A DNA stretch of 64,000 nucleotides from Chitinophagaceae bacterium (GCA_947469485.1 CANIPU010000008.1:11463-75462), one strand, 5' to 3'. Counted from the stretch's first letter, positions 45,889 to 56,167 are shown. Notes: generated from the sequence alone by a model not told the origin. Translations and numbers: made by a program.

Positions 45889-48348
45889 TCAGAATTTATC
45901 TTTTATAAATTTAACAATATTTTTCCATCTCGAAAGTTTTGGAGCAGCTGCATCGGAATAATAGCCATAACCATAGCTGCCACCACCACCATATCCTCCA
46001 TAGCCTGAACCATATCCGTATCCATATCCGTATCCATAGCCATAGTTATAGGAGTAGCCGGAAGCACCTGAACCCATACTATTCAATACAACTGACAAGC
46101 GGGTAATTTGATTTTCTGTAACCAACCTGTTTACATTGTTTAGAAAATTACGACTTGAGTAATCAGCTCTAACAACATATAAGGGGTAGTCGGCTTTCTT
46201 AAGTAACTCAAGAGCATCAGTAACTACTCCAATAGGCGGAGTGTCAATTACTATAATATCATATCTCAACTTTAATTCTTCAATTAAGTCAGCAGCTTTT
46301 TGAGACATTATAAACTCAGCAGGATTTGGCGGAACAGGTCCAGAGGTAATAAAATCAAGGTTATCCCATTCAGAATGCTTAATGCATTCATCAAGTTTAT
46401 ATTTTCCAATTAATATGGTGCTTATTCCTTTATTATTTTCTGTAGCAAATGCTTTATGAATCCTTGGCTTTCTTAAGTCAAAATCCAGAATGATTGTTTT
46501 TTTTCCACCAACAGAAAATATTCCTGCTGTATTAACAGCGATAAATGTTTTTCCTTCCCCTGCAATTGTTGATGTTACAGAAATTATCTTGGTTCCTATG
46601 CCAGAATACACATAGTCAAGATTAGTTCGAATACTTCGAAATGATTCTGAAATAACTGACTTTGGATTCATGTTTACTACTAATTGAGAAACATCCATTG
46701 GCTTTCTGTAAATAGGAATAATACCAATTAATCCTGCGTTGCAATATTTTTCAATTTCTGAAATGGACAGAACTTTATTACTTAATAAGTACCTAATAAA
46801 TATAAATAATAAGGATAAAAATATGCCTAAAATTACCCCCACAGACTTTATTAATGGAACATTAGGAAAAACAGGATTTTTCGGAATTTCTGCACGTTTT
46901 AAAACAACAAAATCTGAAACAAAACCAGCTAAAGATATACTAAAGCTTGATTTTTTATCCAAAAACATTAAATAGTACTTTTCTTTTAGTTCACTAAGAT
47001 TGTTCAGTTTTTGAAATTCGGCTTCAATATCTGGGAATTCTTTTAACTCAATCATTAATTCATTATATGAATCATTGAGATCCGTCTTTTCCAGAATAAT
47101 ATTCTGCTTCGAGTTGACAATGTTTTGAATAATGTTGGCTTTAACTTCCGCAATTTGCTTGTCAATATTAATTATCTGTGGATTAGCTGGTTTTAGTTTT
47201 ATTAATTTTTCTCTTTTATCAGATTGAAGTTTATCAAGAGCTGAAACATACTCTTGTAAACCGTTGTATTTCGGATCAACAATACCAATCAAAAGTTTTG
47301 ACGAATCTTTAAAGCGGTTAAAGTATTCAAAATAATAGTTCAAATTTTTTTCATCAGAATTTAAATTAATTAAGCTTTCTTTTATTTTATTTATAGATGT
47401 CAAAATCTCATTTGATTTTGATTCGGTACTCATTAATGAATGCTCGATTTTGAATGCTTGTAATTGATTTTCATATGCTTGTAATTCTATATTTAATAAA
47501 TCAATTTGATTATTTATAAAATCTAAAATTAAAGAAGAACTTTCTGTTTTTTTTTCCTTGTTATATTTAATAAACTCATCATTTAAATTGTTAACTATAT
47601 CTACCGCTTTTTGTGGAACAGGATCTTGCAGACTAAATTGAATAGTAGGTGGAAATAATTCTATTCTGATTTTATTTCGTATTTCTTTTGAAATATTATC
47701 TCGACTATTAATTATAAAATAGTATTTGCTATTTAGATAAATTTCAGGGATTTTATTAAAAGTCTCATTTGTTAATTTCGCTATGAAGTTAAAATGTGGA
47801 GTTGAACACTTTTGTTTAAACTTTCCAAAAAATGTATATTTTGTTTTTAAGATTTTATATTCAATTTTATATTTCATTGATGATAAGAAAATAAAATATA
47901 TTGGTACATCATAAATAGTTGCTGAAGTAACTGAAGGTTGTATTTCAAATGGAGAAGTTTTATATCTCTCTTCTAAAAGAACTTGACCGACATTATAATA
48001 ACTTACCATTAAAGGTAAGTTTTCAATCACTCTGTCAATAATCACATTCGATTTCATTATTTGAATGTTTTTCTGAAGCTCCATTTGGTCCATTTGATTA
48101 ACATTACTTAGCCCGCTAGAAATTCCTAATGAATTTGAAGTGTTTTCTTGCTTAACCATAATTTGAGCTGATACTTCATATAAAGGTGTTGTGTAACGGA
48201 GATATAATATTGAAGTTGATGTTGACAAAAGGACTATCAATATGCACCAAATTAAACTTTTTCGCGAAATGATCATTAATAACCCTGGATTAAAATCCTC
48301 ACCAAGGATTTTTTGCATTGGGCTTAATATAATTTTTTTCTCTTGCAT
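45889..48348 (-). CDS. polysaccharide co-polymerase / BY-kinase (Wzc-like tyrosine autokinase)
   Basis: 819 aa. Wzz-like periplasmic coiled-coil domain between two TM helices. Cytoplasmic P-loop ATPase (VTSTIAGEGKTFIAVN; Walker A-prime ILDFDLRKP; Walker B IVIDTPP). Tyr-rich tail. Confidence 0.88.
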   Translation of the reverse strand: MQEKKIILSPMQKILGEDFNPGLLMIISRKSLIWCILIVLLSTSTSILYLRYTTPLYEVSAQIMVKQENTSNSLGISSGLSNVNQMDQMELQKNIQIMKSNVIIDRVIENLPLMVSYYNVGQVLLEERYKTSPFEIQPSVTSATIYDVPIYFIFLSSMKYKIEYKILKTKYTFFGKFKQKCSTPHFNFIAKLTNETFNKIPEIYLNSKYYFIINSRDNISKEIRNKIRIELFPPTIQFSLQDPVPQKAVDIVNNLNDEFIKYNKEKKTESSSLILDFINNQIDLLNIELQAYENQLQAFKIEHSLMSTESKSNEILTSINKIKESLINLNSDEKNLNYYFEYFNRFKDSSKLLIGIVDPKYNGLQEYVSALDKLQSDKREKLIKLKPANPQIINIDKQIAEVKANIIQNIVNSKQNIILEKTDLNDSYNELMIELKEFPDIEAEFQKLNNLSELKEKYYLMFLDKKSSFSISLAGFVSDFVVLKRAEIPKNPVFPNVPLIKSVGVILGIFLSLLFIFIRYLLSNKVLSISEIEKYCNAGLIGIIPIYRKPMDVSQLVVNMNPKSVISESFRSIRTNLDYVYSGIGTKIISVTSTIAGEGKTFIAVNTAGIFSVGGKKTIILDFDLRKPRIHKAFATENNKGISTILIGKYKLDECIKHSEWDNLDFITSGPVPPNPAEFIMSQKAADLIEELKLRYDIIVIDTPPIGVVTDALELLKKADYPLYVVRADYSSRNFLNNVNRLVTENQITRLSVVLNSMGSGASGYSYNYGYGYGYGYGYGSGYGGYGGGGSYGYGYYSDAAAPKLSRWKNIVKFIKDKF

Positions 48349-49127
48349 TATTTTTTCAAAGATATAATCGCAGTATAAATTAAAATTGCAGTAGTTACCA
48401 AAGAAATTATTGGTCCAATTTGGGTGTTAACATCAGTTAATGTTAAGGCGGGTTCAACATAAATAATATCATTTGAAACAATCTGAAGATTGGTCTTTTT
48501 AAGACCTTCAATAGTTGAAAGATCGATTAAAAATACCTGAGGATTTCTCAAATCGCCTCTTATTAATTTTATACGAAAGGCCTTGCTGCCACCGACTCCG
48601 CCAGCTAAGGCAAGAACTTCAATTAAGGATGTATTTTCGTTCTCAAGAGGAACCATTTTCCCATTACCACGACCAGAATAAATAAAACATCGTCTATTTA
48701 TTGGTTTTATTCTAATAAAGGGATTAACAAAATAATAAGAATATCTTTCACTTAATAAATTCTCTGCGCCGGTAATAGTATAACCTGCTAAATACAAAGA
48801 GTCAAGCATTGGTAAAATAGCAAATCCTTCATTATGTATTGTATAAGTTACAGGGTTGTAATATCCCCCCTGACCAAGTACATCAACCAATTGATATCCA
48901 TTATTGGATAGAATTTGAATTTCCATTACATCATTAGCCTTTAAAACATATTCTTTGCTGCTAATGGTAGTATCTGAAGGTGTAAATTGATAAAATTTAT
49001 CTGTTTTAAACATTAAATCAGGATAAAAAACCCTGCAAGATGATAGGGATAAAATCCCTGCCAGAAAAAATAGTAATAAAATATTGCTCCTGAATAATTT
49101 CAAACTGAATTTTTTTGAAGAAGACAA
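48348..49127 (-). CDS. polysaccharide export protein (Wza-like, Poly_export plus SLBB)
   Basis: 259 aa. Lipoprotein-type signal (LSLSSC). Contains YVLKANDVMEIQI and LALAGGVGG...IKLIRG motifs and a C-terminal helix. Its stop overlaps the Wzc start by 1 nt (TAATG). Confidence 0.72.
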   Translation of the reverse strand: MSSSKKFSLKLFRSNILLLFFLAGILSLSSCRVFYPDLMFKTDKFYQFTPSDTTISSKEYVLKANDVMEIQILSNNGYQLVDVLGQGGYYNPVTYTIHNEGFAILPMLDSLYLAGYTITGAENLLSERYSYYFVNPFIRIKPINRRCFIYSGRGNGKMVPLENENTSLIEVLALAGGVGGSKAFRIKLIRGDLRNPQVFLIDLSTIEGLKKTNLQIVSNDIIYVEPALTLTDVNTQIGPIISLVTTAILIYTAIISLKK

Positions 49128-49137
49128 ATGTAAGATT

Positions 49138-50337
49138 TTACAATGATTTAGACCTCTCTTTTAATAGTTTATTATAGAGCTCTGCTGTGTCTTTTATTAA
49201 TCTTGAATAACTGAATTTTTCACAAACAAAGTCATGTCCGTGTATTCCCATTTCTCTTCTTTTTTCATCATCCTCTATAAGAATAAAGAGATTTCTGGCA
49301 AAATTAGTCACGCTTGTTTTCGAAGATACTAAAGCTGTTTTTTCTGGGATGACAACATCTGTTATACCTCCAACTCGGGTTGTTACAATTGGTTTATTTG
49401 CTGCTTGCGCTTCAATCAAACTAACAGGAGTTCCTTCGTTAAAGGAACTAAGTGCAATAATATCAGACCCGGCATTTACTACATCAATATCTTTTCTCCA
49501 CGATGTAAATGTTATTTGACTTTTCTTTTTCTCGCGAGTAAAATTTACGAAGTCTAAACCTGCCGATTTGATGTGATTTTCAATGTTTGTTCGTTCTTCG
49601 CCGTCTCCAACAATAAAAGCACGCACCTTTTTAGTTGTGTTTTGAAAAATAATTTTTAAAGCGTCGATAAATAATTTATGATTTTTAATTGGAACAAGCC
49701 TTCCAATGATTGAAATAACAATTTCATCGTCATCAATTAAATAATGATCTCTGAATTTTTTCCGTTTTTCAGACTGATTCTCTTGAAAGGGATTGAGATT
49801 AAATCCAAGCGGAACTACTTCAATTTTATCAAGGGAAGAAACTTTATAAATAAGTCCAAGTTCTTTTTTTTGCCTCTCGCTAATGGCGATAATTCTGGTC
49901 GATTTTGAAGCAAGATATTTCTCAATTTCTAAAAACATTCTTGTTTTTAATGGACTGAAATATGAATGAAATACATGTCCATGAAATGTATGTACTATGA
50001 TTGGAACTTTGCAGTTTATTGCTGCTAATCGGCCAAGAGTTCCGGCTTTTGCTGCATGAGTATGAACAATATCAGGCTTAAATTCCCGTATTATTTCTTT
50101 AAGTTTTTTATAAGCTTTTCTGTCTTGAAATAAATTTATATCACGATACATCTCTGGAATATAAACTGGCTCCAACCCCAATTCATGTGCAATAAATTCT
50201 GAACTTTCTTCGGTTTCATCAATCATTCCTGACACTAAAAGAGTTTGAAATTCCGGCCTAAGATGTTTAGTAAGTATTGCTACGATTATTGCGGGACCTC
50301 CTAAATTTAAACGATTAATAATTTGAAGAACTTTCAT
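49138..50337 (-). CDS. GT4-family (Glycos_transf_1) glycosyltransferase
   Basis: 399 aa. N-terminal NRLNLGGP loop. C-terminal EGTPVSLIEAQAANKPIVTTRVGG, the E-x7-E GT4 signature. Confidence 0.82.
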   Translation of the reverse strand: MKVLQIINRLNLGGPAIIVAILTKHLRPEFQTLLVSGMIDETEESSEFIAHELGLEPVYIPEMYRDINLFQDRKAYKKLKEIIREFKPDIVHTHAAKAGTLGRLAAINCKVPIIVHTFHGHVFHSYFSPLKTRMFLEIEKYLASKSTRIIAISERQKKELGLIYKVSSLDKIEVVPLGFNLNPFQENQSEKRKKFRDHYLIDDDEIVISIIGRLVPIKNHKLFIDALKIIFQNTTKKVRAFIVGDGEERTNIENHIKSAGLDFVNFTREKKKSQITFTSWRKDIDVVNAGSDIIALSSFNEGTPVSLIEAQAANKPIVTTRVGGITDVVIPEKTALVSSKTSVTNFARNLFILIEDDEKRREMGIHGHDFVCEKFSYSRLIKDTAELYNKLLKERSKSL

Positions 50338-50498
50338 AAAATGAATTAGCTTAAAAGGAGATTAATAGTTGAATATTTTTTTTCACAAATGTTTTTTTCA
50401 TTTAAATATTTATAAAGTTAATTGTAATTATAAATGATTATTATTGGTTAACCAATTTGATTTTACTTAAAGTTAACTTTACAAATTAAAATTTAAAA

Positions 50499-51875
50499 GT
50501 GATTAAAGAAAGATATTGGCAACCTTTATTGAATGAGAGAGATCTGTTTTTAACACCAATTTATTTTATTCTATTTTTAATAATATTTATATTTATTAGA
50601 AACTTGCTTTATTCTAAAGATAAATCTTTACGGAAGCATTTCATTAATGGCATAATTTTGAAAATGATTGGTGGAATAAGTGTTGGATTGACATATTTTT
50701 TTTATTACAAAGGTGGAGATACTACACAATATTTTAGTAATGCTTCTGTAATGTATGAAGCTTTTAGTCAAAATTCAGCTGACTTTTTCACTATTCTATT
50801 CAATGAATGTCGATTTGATCTTCCATTACAATCAGACTATACTAATTGGATGTATTTTAAAGGAGATCCAAGTTCTTATATGGTAGGTAAAATCGCTGGA
50901 GTATTTACATTATTTACTTTTGATACATATTTGCCAATGGCGTTATTTTTTGCTGCTGTATCTTTTACTGGAATTTGGGCTTTGTATATAACTTTATATG
51001 ATGCATTTCCTCAATTAAAAGAACAGTTTGCTTTTGCGACTTTATATATTCCTTCCGTTTTTTTTTGGGGATCTGGAATTTTGAAAGACTCAATTACTAT
51101 TGCATGTGTTGGTTGGATTACTTGGAGTTTTTACAATTTATTTTTCAAGAATAGAAATCAATTTTCATCAATTATTATGCTTTCGATTAGTGTTTATTTT
51201 TGCTTAGCAATAAAACCATATATAATAATAAGTTTCGCACCTGCTTTAACTTTCTGGGTTTTTTTAAATTACCGAGATTCTGTAAAATCATCATTTTTGA
51301 AGAACTTGATAGGACCAATCATACTCCTTATTTCAACATTTGCTGGTTTATTTGTAGTAGATAGATTAGGCAACGATTTTAAACAATATTCTCTACAAGG
51401 AGCTTTAGAAACCGCTACTAATTTTCAAGGTTACCACAGCTACCTAGCTGCTACAAATAATGCTTCAGGATATCATCTTGGCACAATGGATGGCAGCACT
51501 GGAAGTATAATTCGAAATATACCAGCCGCAATAAATGTCACACTTTTCCGTCCATATTTATGGGAAGTGCGGAATCCAGTTATGTTATTATCCGCTATCG
51601 AAAGTTTTATAATGTTATTATTTACAATTAGAATATTCTACCGAACAGGAATTATAAGAACATTAAAAACAGTTGGACGCAATTCTACAGCTTTCTTTTG
51701 CATTTTCTTTGCAATGTTCTTTGCTTTTAGTGTTGGATTTACTGCTTATAATTTTGGAGCCCTTGTGCGATATAAAATTCCTTGTATACCTTTTTTTGTA
51801 GCTGGTTTATTTATTTTAAATTTCATTACAGAAGAAGAAAATGCCAAGAGAAAAGCAGCTAAAACGAGATTTTAA
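50499..51875 (+). CDS. polytopic membrane protein of unknown function, 458 aa
   Basis: GTG start. About 10-12 hydrophobic helices separated by a large loop (QGYHSYLAATNNASGYHLG...). Divergent from the polysaccharide operon. No motif I can assign. Confidence 0.6.
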   Translation: MIKERYWQPLLNERDLFLTPIYFILFLIIFIFIRNLLYSKDKSLRKHFINGIILKMIGGISVGLTYFFYYKGGDTTQYFSNASVMYEAFSQNSADFFTILFNECRFDLPLQSDYTNWMYFKGDPSSYMVGKIAGVFTLFTFDTYLPMALFFAAVSFTGIWALYITLYDAFPQLKEQFAFATLYIPSVFFWGSGILKDSITIACVGWITWSFYNLFFKNRNQFSSIIMLSISVYFCLAIKPYIIISFAPALTFWVFLNYRDSVKSSFLKNLIGPIILLISTFAGLFVVDRLGNDFKQYSLQGALETATNFQGYHSYLAATNNASGYHLGTMDGSTGSIIRNIPAAINVTLFRPYLWEVRNPVMLLSAIESFIMLLFTIRIFYRTGIIRTLKTVGRNSTAFFCIFFAMFFAFSVGFTAYNFGALVRYKIPCIPFFVAGLFILNFITEEENAKRKAAKTRF

Positions 51876-51890
51876 ATGGAAGTAGTTTTT

Positions 51891-52841
51891 TTATAATTCT
51901 TGAACAATCTTTTTTACTGAAGCGGAGTTGCTCATAGTATAAAAATGAATAACTGGAATTTTTGAATTTAACAATTCTTTGCATTGTTTTATTGACCATT
52001 CAATTCCAACCTTCTTAAAATCTTCTTCGTTATTACAAATTTCAAATTCTTTAATTAGCTCGGTTGGAATATCTACATTAAAAATTCTTGGAAGATTTGT
52101 GATTTGTTTTTTCGTAGTGATTGGTTTTAAGCCGGGAATAATTGGAACAGTAATACCAATGTCCCGACATGATTTTACAAAGTCGAAATATTTTTGATTA
52201 TTGAAAAACATTTGCGTTACAATATAATGTGCACCTGCATCTACCTTAGCTTTTAAATATTGCAAATCAATATTCATGTTAGGAGCTTCGTAATGTTTTT
52301 CAGGATATCCCGCAACGCCAATACAAAAATCAGTGGGCATTGCATTATTTAATTCTTCCTCCAGATAGACACCTTTATTCATTTGAACTGTTTGTTGAAT
52401 AAGGGCTAAAGCATTTTTGTGACCATCTTTTTGTGCGGTAAATACTTCTTCGCTTTTCATTTTATCACCACGAAGCAATAACACATTATTTATCCCAAGA
52501 AAATCAAGTTCAATTAGAAGATCTTCTGTTTCATCAACGGAGAAACCACCGCATATTAAATGCGGAACAGCATCAACACCATACTTTGTCATAATTGCAG
52601 CGCAAATTCCTGCTGTTCCAGGGCGCTTTCGTACAATTTTTTTTTCGAATAATCCTTCAGCTGTTTTTCTAAAAATAAACTCAGAACGATGATAAGTTAC
52701 ATTAATAAATGGTGGATTAAATTCCATTAAAGGATCAAGAGTGTTATATATTGATTGTATTCCCACACCTTTTAAAGGGGGCAGAATTTCAAAGGAAAAC
52801 AAAGGCTTCTTTGCTTTTTCAATGTGTTCAGTAACTTTCAT
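51891..52841 (-). CDS. metF: 5,10-methylenetetrahydrofolate reductase
   Basis: 316 aa. Contains FSFEILPPLKG, NVTYH and LLLRGD, with a TIM-barrel pattern typical of MetF. Confidence 0.85.
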   Translation of the reverse strand: MKVTEHIEKAKKPLFSFEILPPLKGVGIQSIYNTLDPLMEFNPPFINVTYHRSEFIFRKTAEGLFEKKIVRKRPGTAGICAAIMTKYGVDAVPHLICGGFSVDETEDLLIELDFLGINNVLLLRGDKMKSEEVFTAQKDGHKNALALIQQTVQMNKGVYLEEELNNAMPTDFCIGVAGYPEKHYEAPNMNIDLQYLKAKVDAGAHYIVTQMFFNNQKYFDFVKSCRDIGITVPIIPGLKPITTKKQITNLPRIFNVDIPTELIKEFEICNNEEDFKKVGIEWSIKQCKELLNSKIPVIHFYTMSNSASVKKIVQEL

Positions 52842-52932
52842 AAATAATTTATATCTCGATTATTTTACGGCGAAAATAGGATTTGATTAGCTGTTGTTTG
52901 ATGAAAACAACTTATAAATATCTTATTATAAT

Positions 52933-53319
52933 TTAATTCAACTTATAGGGAGCAACCATTTGAAATTCGGGAATATGAACTTTGAATTTCACCTCATCAA
53001 TGAGCCGTTGCATTAGGTAAGTGCCGTGCATTTTACCAATTTCTGTTTTTATAGCTGAGCCGGAAACATATTGATGAGAAGCACCTGGTTCTATGACTGG
53101 CTGTTGTCCTACAACGCCTTCACCCTCAACTTCACGAACGACACCATTTGCATCTGTAATATGCCAATGACGACGCAATAATTTTACTGCATATTCGCTT
53201 TCGTTTGTAATTGTTATTCTATATGCAAACATATATTCACCTGATAAAGGTTGAGAATAATCCGGTTGATAAAATACTTCAACACTAATCCGTACTCCTT
53301 CCGTAACTTTTGTTTTCAT
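52933..53319 (-). CDS. apaG: ApaG (DUF525) protein
   Basis: 128 aa. Contains FAYRITITNESEYAVKLLRRHWHITDANG...EGEGVVGQQP, the ApaG signature. Confidence 0.85.
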   Translation of the reverse strand: MKTKVTEGVRISVEVFYQPDYSQPLSGEYMFAYRITITNESEYAVKLLRRHWHITDANGVVREVEGEGVVGQQPVIEPGASHQYVSGSAIKTEIGKMHGTYLMQRLIDEVKFKVHIPEFQMVAPYKLN

Positions 53320-53376
53320 CTCTTTTTATAATTGAATTTCCGAAACTATGAAATGAGAATTAATATGAAAAATATT

Positions 53377-53946
53377 TTATTTTTTATTGATAAAATCCTG
53401 CACCGCAATAACCGCCTCTTCTAATGCAACACTCAAGTTATCATTTATAATAGTGCGATCAAAATATTCTTCAAACTCTAATTCATAATGTGCTTTGGCA
53501 ATTCGTTCTTCTATTTTTGACAGCTCATCTGTTGCGCGGTTACGCAACCTTTGATCAAGAATTTGAGTGGAGGGCGGTTTAATAAAAAGTGAAAGTGCGC
53601 TTTCACCAAAATTCTTCTTCAATGTAATTGAGCCTTTAACATCTACATCAAAAACCACAACTAAATTTTCCTTCCATAATCTCTTTACTTCATCCATTAA
53701 TGTTCCATAATATGTTTGATGATATACCTCTTCGTATTCAACAAACTCTTTATTCAATACCCTTTGGTTAAATTCTTCAACTGAAATAAAGTAGTAATCA
53801 ATTCCGTCAATTTCGCCCAAACGAGGTGTGCGGGTTGTAGCGGAAACGGAGAATGCCAATTTAGGAAACTGTGAAAGCAAGTGTTTTACAATTGTTGTTT
53901 TTCCTGCACCAGAAGGTGCTGTTACAATAATAACCTTTGGCAGCAT
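53377..53946 (-). CDS. gmk: guanylate kinase
   Basis: 189 aa. P-loop TAPSGAGKTT, then SATTRTPRLGEIDGIDYYF. Confidence 0.92.
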   Translation of the reverse strand: MLPKVIIVTAPSGAGKTTIVKHLLSQFPKLAFSVSATTRTPRLGEIDGIDYYFISVEEFNQRVLNKEFVEYEEVYHQTYYGTLMDEVKRLWKENLVVVFDVDVKGSITLKKNFGESALSLFIKPPSTQILDQRLRNRATDELSKIEERIAKAHYELEFEEYFDRTIINDNLSVALEEAVIAVQDFINKK

Positions 53947-53974
53947 GGGGCGAAAATAGAAAACGAACGATGTT

Positions 53975-54364
53975 TTAATAAATTATATCTTCGTAAGAAA
54001 CACTGCCATTAGGAGTAGCGGTTTCTGTTTTTCTAAAACCTAAAGTGGGGTGTGAGGTAGTTATATAATAGTAATCATCAGGCAAACTATTAAAAATAAC
54101 TTTGCCACTATCATTTGTTACGGCTGTTTTTTGAACATTATCGTTACTAGTTCTTTCAGCCTCAGTTAAGAAAAGGAAAACGGTTACATTTTTTAATGGA
54201 GTTTCTATTAAACTTCCTGATTGTAAAACCTGATGAAATATCTGAATGTTTAACTTGGCACTTGAAATCGGATTTAATTTATTGTTGTTTTTATTTGAAT
54301 CGCACGATTGAAATAAACCGCCTAATAAAATATAATAAAAGAGATTTTTTGTTTTAAGAAACAT
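53975..54364 (-). CDS. lipoprotein with carboxypeptidase-regulatory-like beta-sandwich
   Basis: 129 aa. Lipobox LFQSC. The C-terminal VTVFLF...TAVTNDSGKVIFNSLPDDYYYI pattern is typical of CarboxypepD_reg-like folds. Confidence 0.5.
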   Translation of the reverse strand: MFLKTKNLFYYILLGGLFQSCDSNKNNNKLNPISSAKLNIQIFHQVLQSGSLIETPLKNVTVFLFLTEAERTSNDNVQKTAVTNDSGKVIFNSLPDDYYYITTSHPTLGFRKTETATPNGSVSYEDIIY

Positions 54365-54420
54365 AAAGCACTCAATTTTACATTTATATATAATTCAGAG
54401 AAAAAAATAAATGAAATTAA

Positions 54421-55965
54421 TTATGCTAAAGTATTTAAAACTGAATTCATATTCACCTTTTCATTTACAATATCAATCACTTCACTTACGGCTATTCGTA
54501 CTTGCTTCATTGTATCTCGTTCGCGAATAGTTACGGTATCATCTTGTAATGTTTGATGGTCAATTGTTATACAATATGGGGTGCCAATTGCATCTTGTCT
54601 TCTGTATCTTTTTCCAATTGTATCTTTCTCTTCAAAATGACAATGATGAAAAGGTTTAAGTCGATTAAATATTTCCAGACCCTTTTCAGGTAATCCATCT
54701 TTATTCATAAGCGGCAGCACTGCAACCTTTATAGGGGCCAAACAGGGCGGCAAACTCAAAACAACCCGTTCGCTTCCATCTTCTAGTTTTTCATTTTTAT
54801 ATGAAGCAGAAAGCAATGCAAGAAACATTCTGTCTAAGCCTATGCTTGTTTCAATTACATAGGGAACATAACTCTCATTTAATTCAGGATCGAAGTATTG
54901 TAATTTTTTTCCGCTGAATTTTTCGTGGCTTGCTAAATCAAAGTCACTTCTGGAGTGAATGCCTTCTAATTCTTTAAAACCAAATGGAAATTCAAATTCA
55001 ATATCGCATGCTGCTTTCGCATAATGCGCAAGTTTTAAATGATCATGAAAGCGATATTTTTTTTCAGAAATCCCTAAAGCTCTATGCCATTTTATTCTTT
55101 GTTCTTTCCAATATGAATACCATTTTTCTTCAGAGCCTGGACGAACAAAAAACTGCATTTCCATTTGTTCAAATTCGCGCATTCGGAAAATAAATTGTCG
55201 CGCAACAATTTCATTTCTAAAAGCTTTTCCGGTTTGTGCAATACCGAATGGAATTTTCATTCTTCCGGTTTTCTGCACATTTAAAAAATTTACAAAAATT
55301 CCCTGAGCGGTTTCAGGTCGCAAATAAATGGTGTTTGCTTCTTCACTTACTGAACCAATAGAGGTGCTGAACATCAAATTAAATTGACGAACATCTGTCC
55401 AGTTACGGGTGCCACTGATGGGACAAACGATGTCCAGATCAATAATTATTTGCTTCACCTCTGCCAGATCATTTGCTTCGAGTGCAGTTTTAAATCGTGT
55501 GTTGATGTCATCAATCTTTTTTTGATTTTCCATCACACGGGGATTGGTGGAACGATACATTGCTTCATCAAAACTTTCGCCGAAACGCGAGCGCGATTTT
55601 TCAACTTCCTTTTCAATTTTTGATTCAATTTTAGCAATATGATCTTCTATCAAGACATCGGCACGATATCTTTTTTTTGAATCTTTATTATCGATTAAGG
55701 GATCGTTAAACGCATCAACATGGCCACTTGCTTTCCATGTTGTGGGATGCATAAAAATTGCCGCATCAATTCCAACAATGTTTTCATGCATTTGCACCAT
55801 TGATTTCCACCAATATTCACGAATGTTGCGTTTGAGTTCAACTCCATTTTGTCCATAATCGTAAACTGAACTCAGTCCATCATAAATTTCACTGGATTGA
55901 AATACAAACCCGTATTCTTTTGAATGAGAAATAATGTCTTTAAATAAGTCTCGTTGTTCAGCCAT
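54421..55965 (-). CDS. glyQS: glycine--tRNA ligase (homodimeric class II type)
   Basis: 514 aa. Contains SSEIYDGLSSVYDYGQNGVELKRNI, FRNEI.ARQFIFRMREFEQMEMQFF and IETSIGLDR motifs, plus an anticodon-binding domain. Confidence 0.93.
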   Translation of the reverse strand: MAEQRDLFKDIISHSKEYGFVFQSSEIYDGLSSVYDYGQNGVELKRNIREYWWKSMVQMHENIVGIDAAIFMHPTTWKASGHVDAFNDPLIDNKDSKKRYRADVLIEDHIAKIESKIEKEVEKSRSRFGESFDEAMYRSTNPRVMENQKKIDDINTRFKTALEANDLAEVKQIIIDLDIVCPISGTRNWTDVRQFNLMFSTSIGSVSEEANTIYLRPETAQGIFVNFLNVQKTGRMKIPFGIAQTGKAFRNEIVARQFIFRMREFEQMEMQFFVRPGSEEKWYSYWKEQRIKWHRALGISEKKYRFHDHLKLAHYAKAACDIEFEFPFGFKELEGIHSRSDFDLASHEKFSGKKLQYFDPELNESYVPYVIETSIGLDRMFLALLSASYKNEKLEDGSERVVLSLPPCLAPIKVAVLPLMNKDGLPEKGLEIFNRLKPFHHCHFEEKDTIGKRYRRQDAIGTPYCITIDHQTLQDDTVTIRERDTMKQVRIAVSEVIDIVNEKVNMNSVLNTLA

Positions 55966-56167
55966 AGTTGGCGAAAGTAATTCGGAGTTCGGGAAAAATT
56001 AAAACATGGTTGTTTGAAATTCTATTAAACCACTCGATTAATTATAAATTCATTGGAGGATAATAGTTTGAATTTTAAAATTAATGAAAGAGTAATAAGG
56101 CTTGTTAAAAAGAATAATGTTATAAATTGCATCTTTTAAATTTGAAACTTTAAATCTGTCCGTTATT

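Noticed and set aside
50443-50456. Perfect 14-bp palindrome ATTGGTTAACCAAT in the divergent control region of the polysaccharide locus
   Set aside because: By rough estimate, about ten 14-bp palindromes are expected by chance in 64 kb of DNA this AT-rich. There is no second copy or other support.
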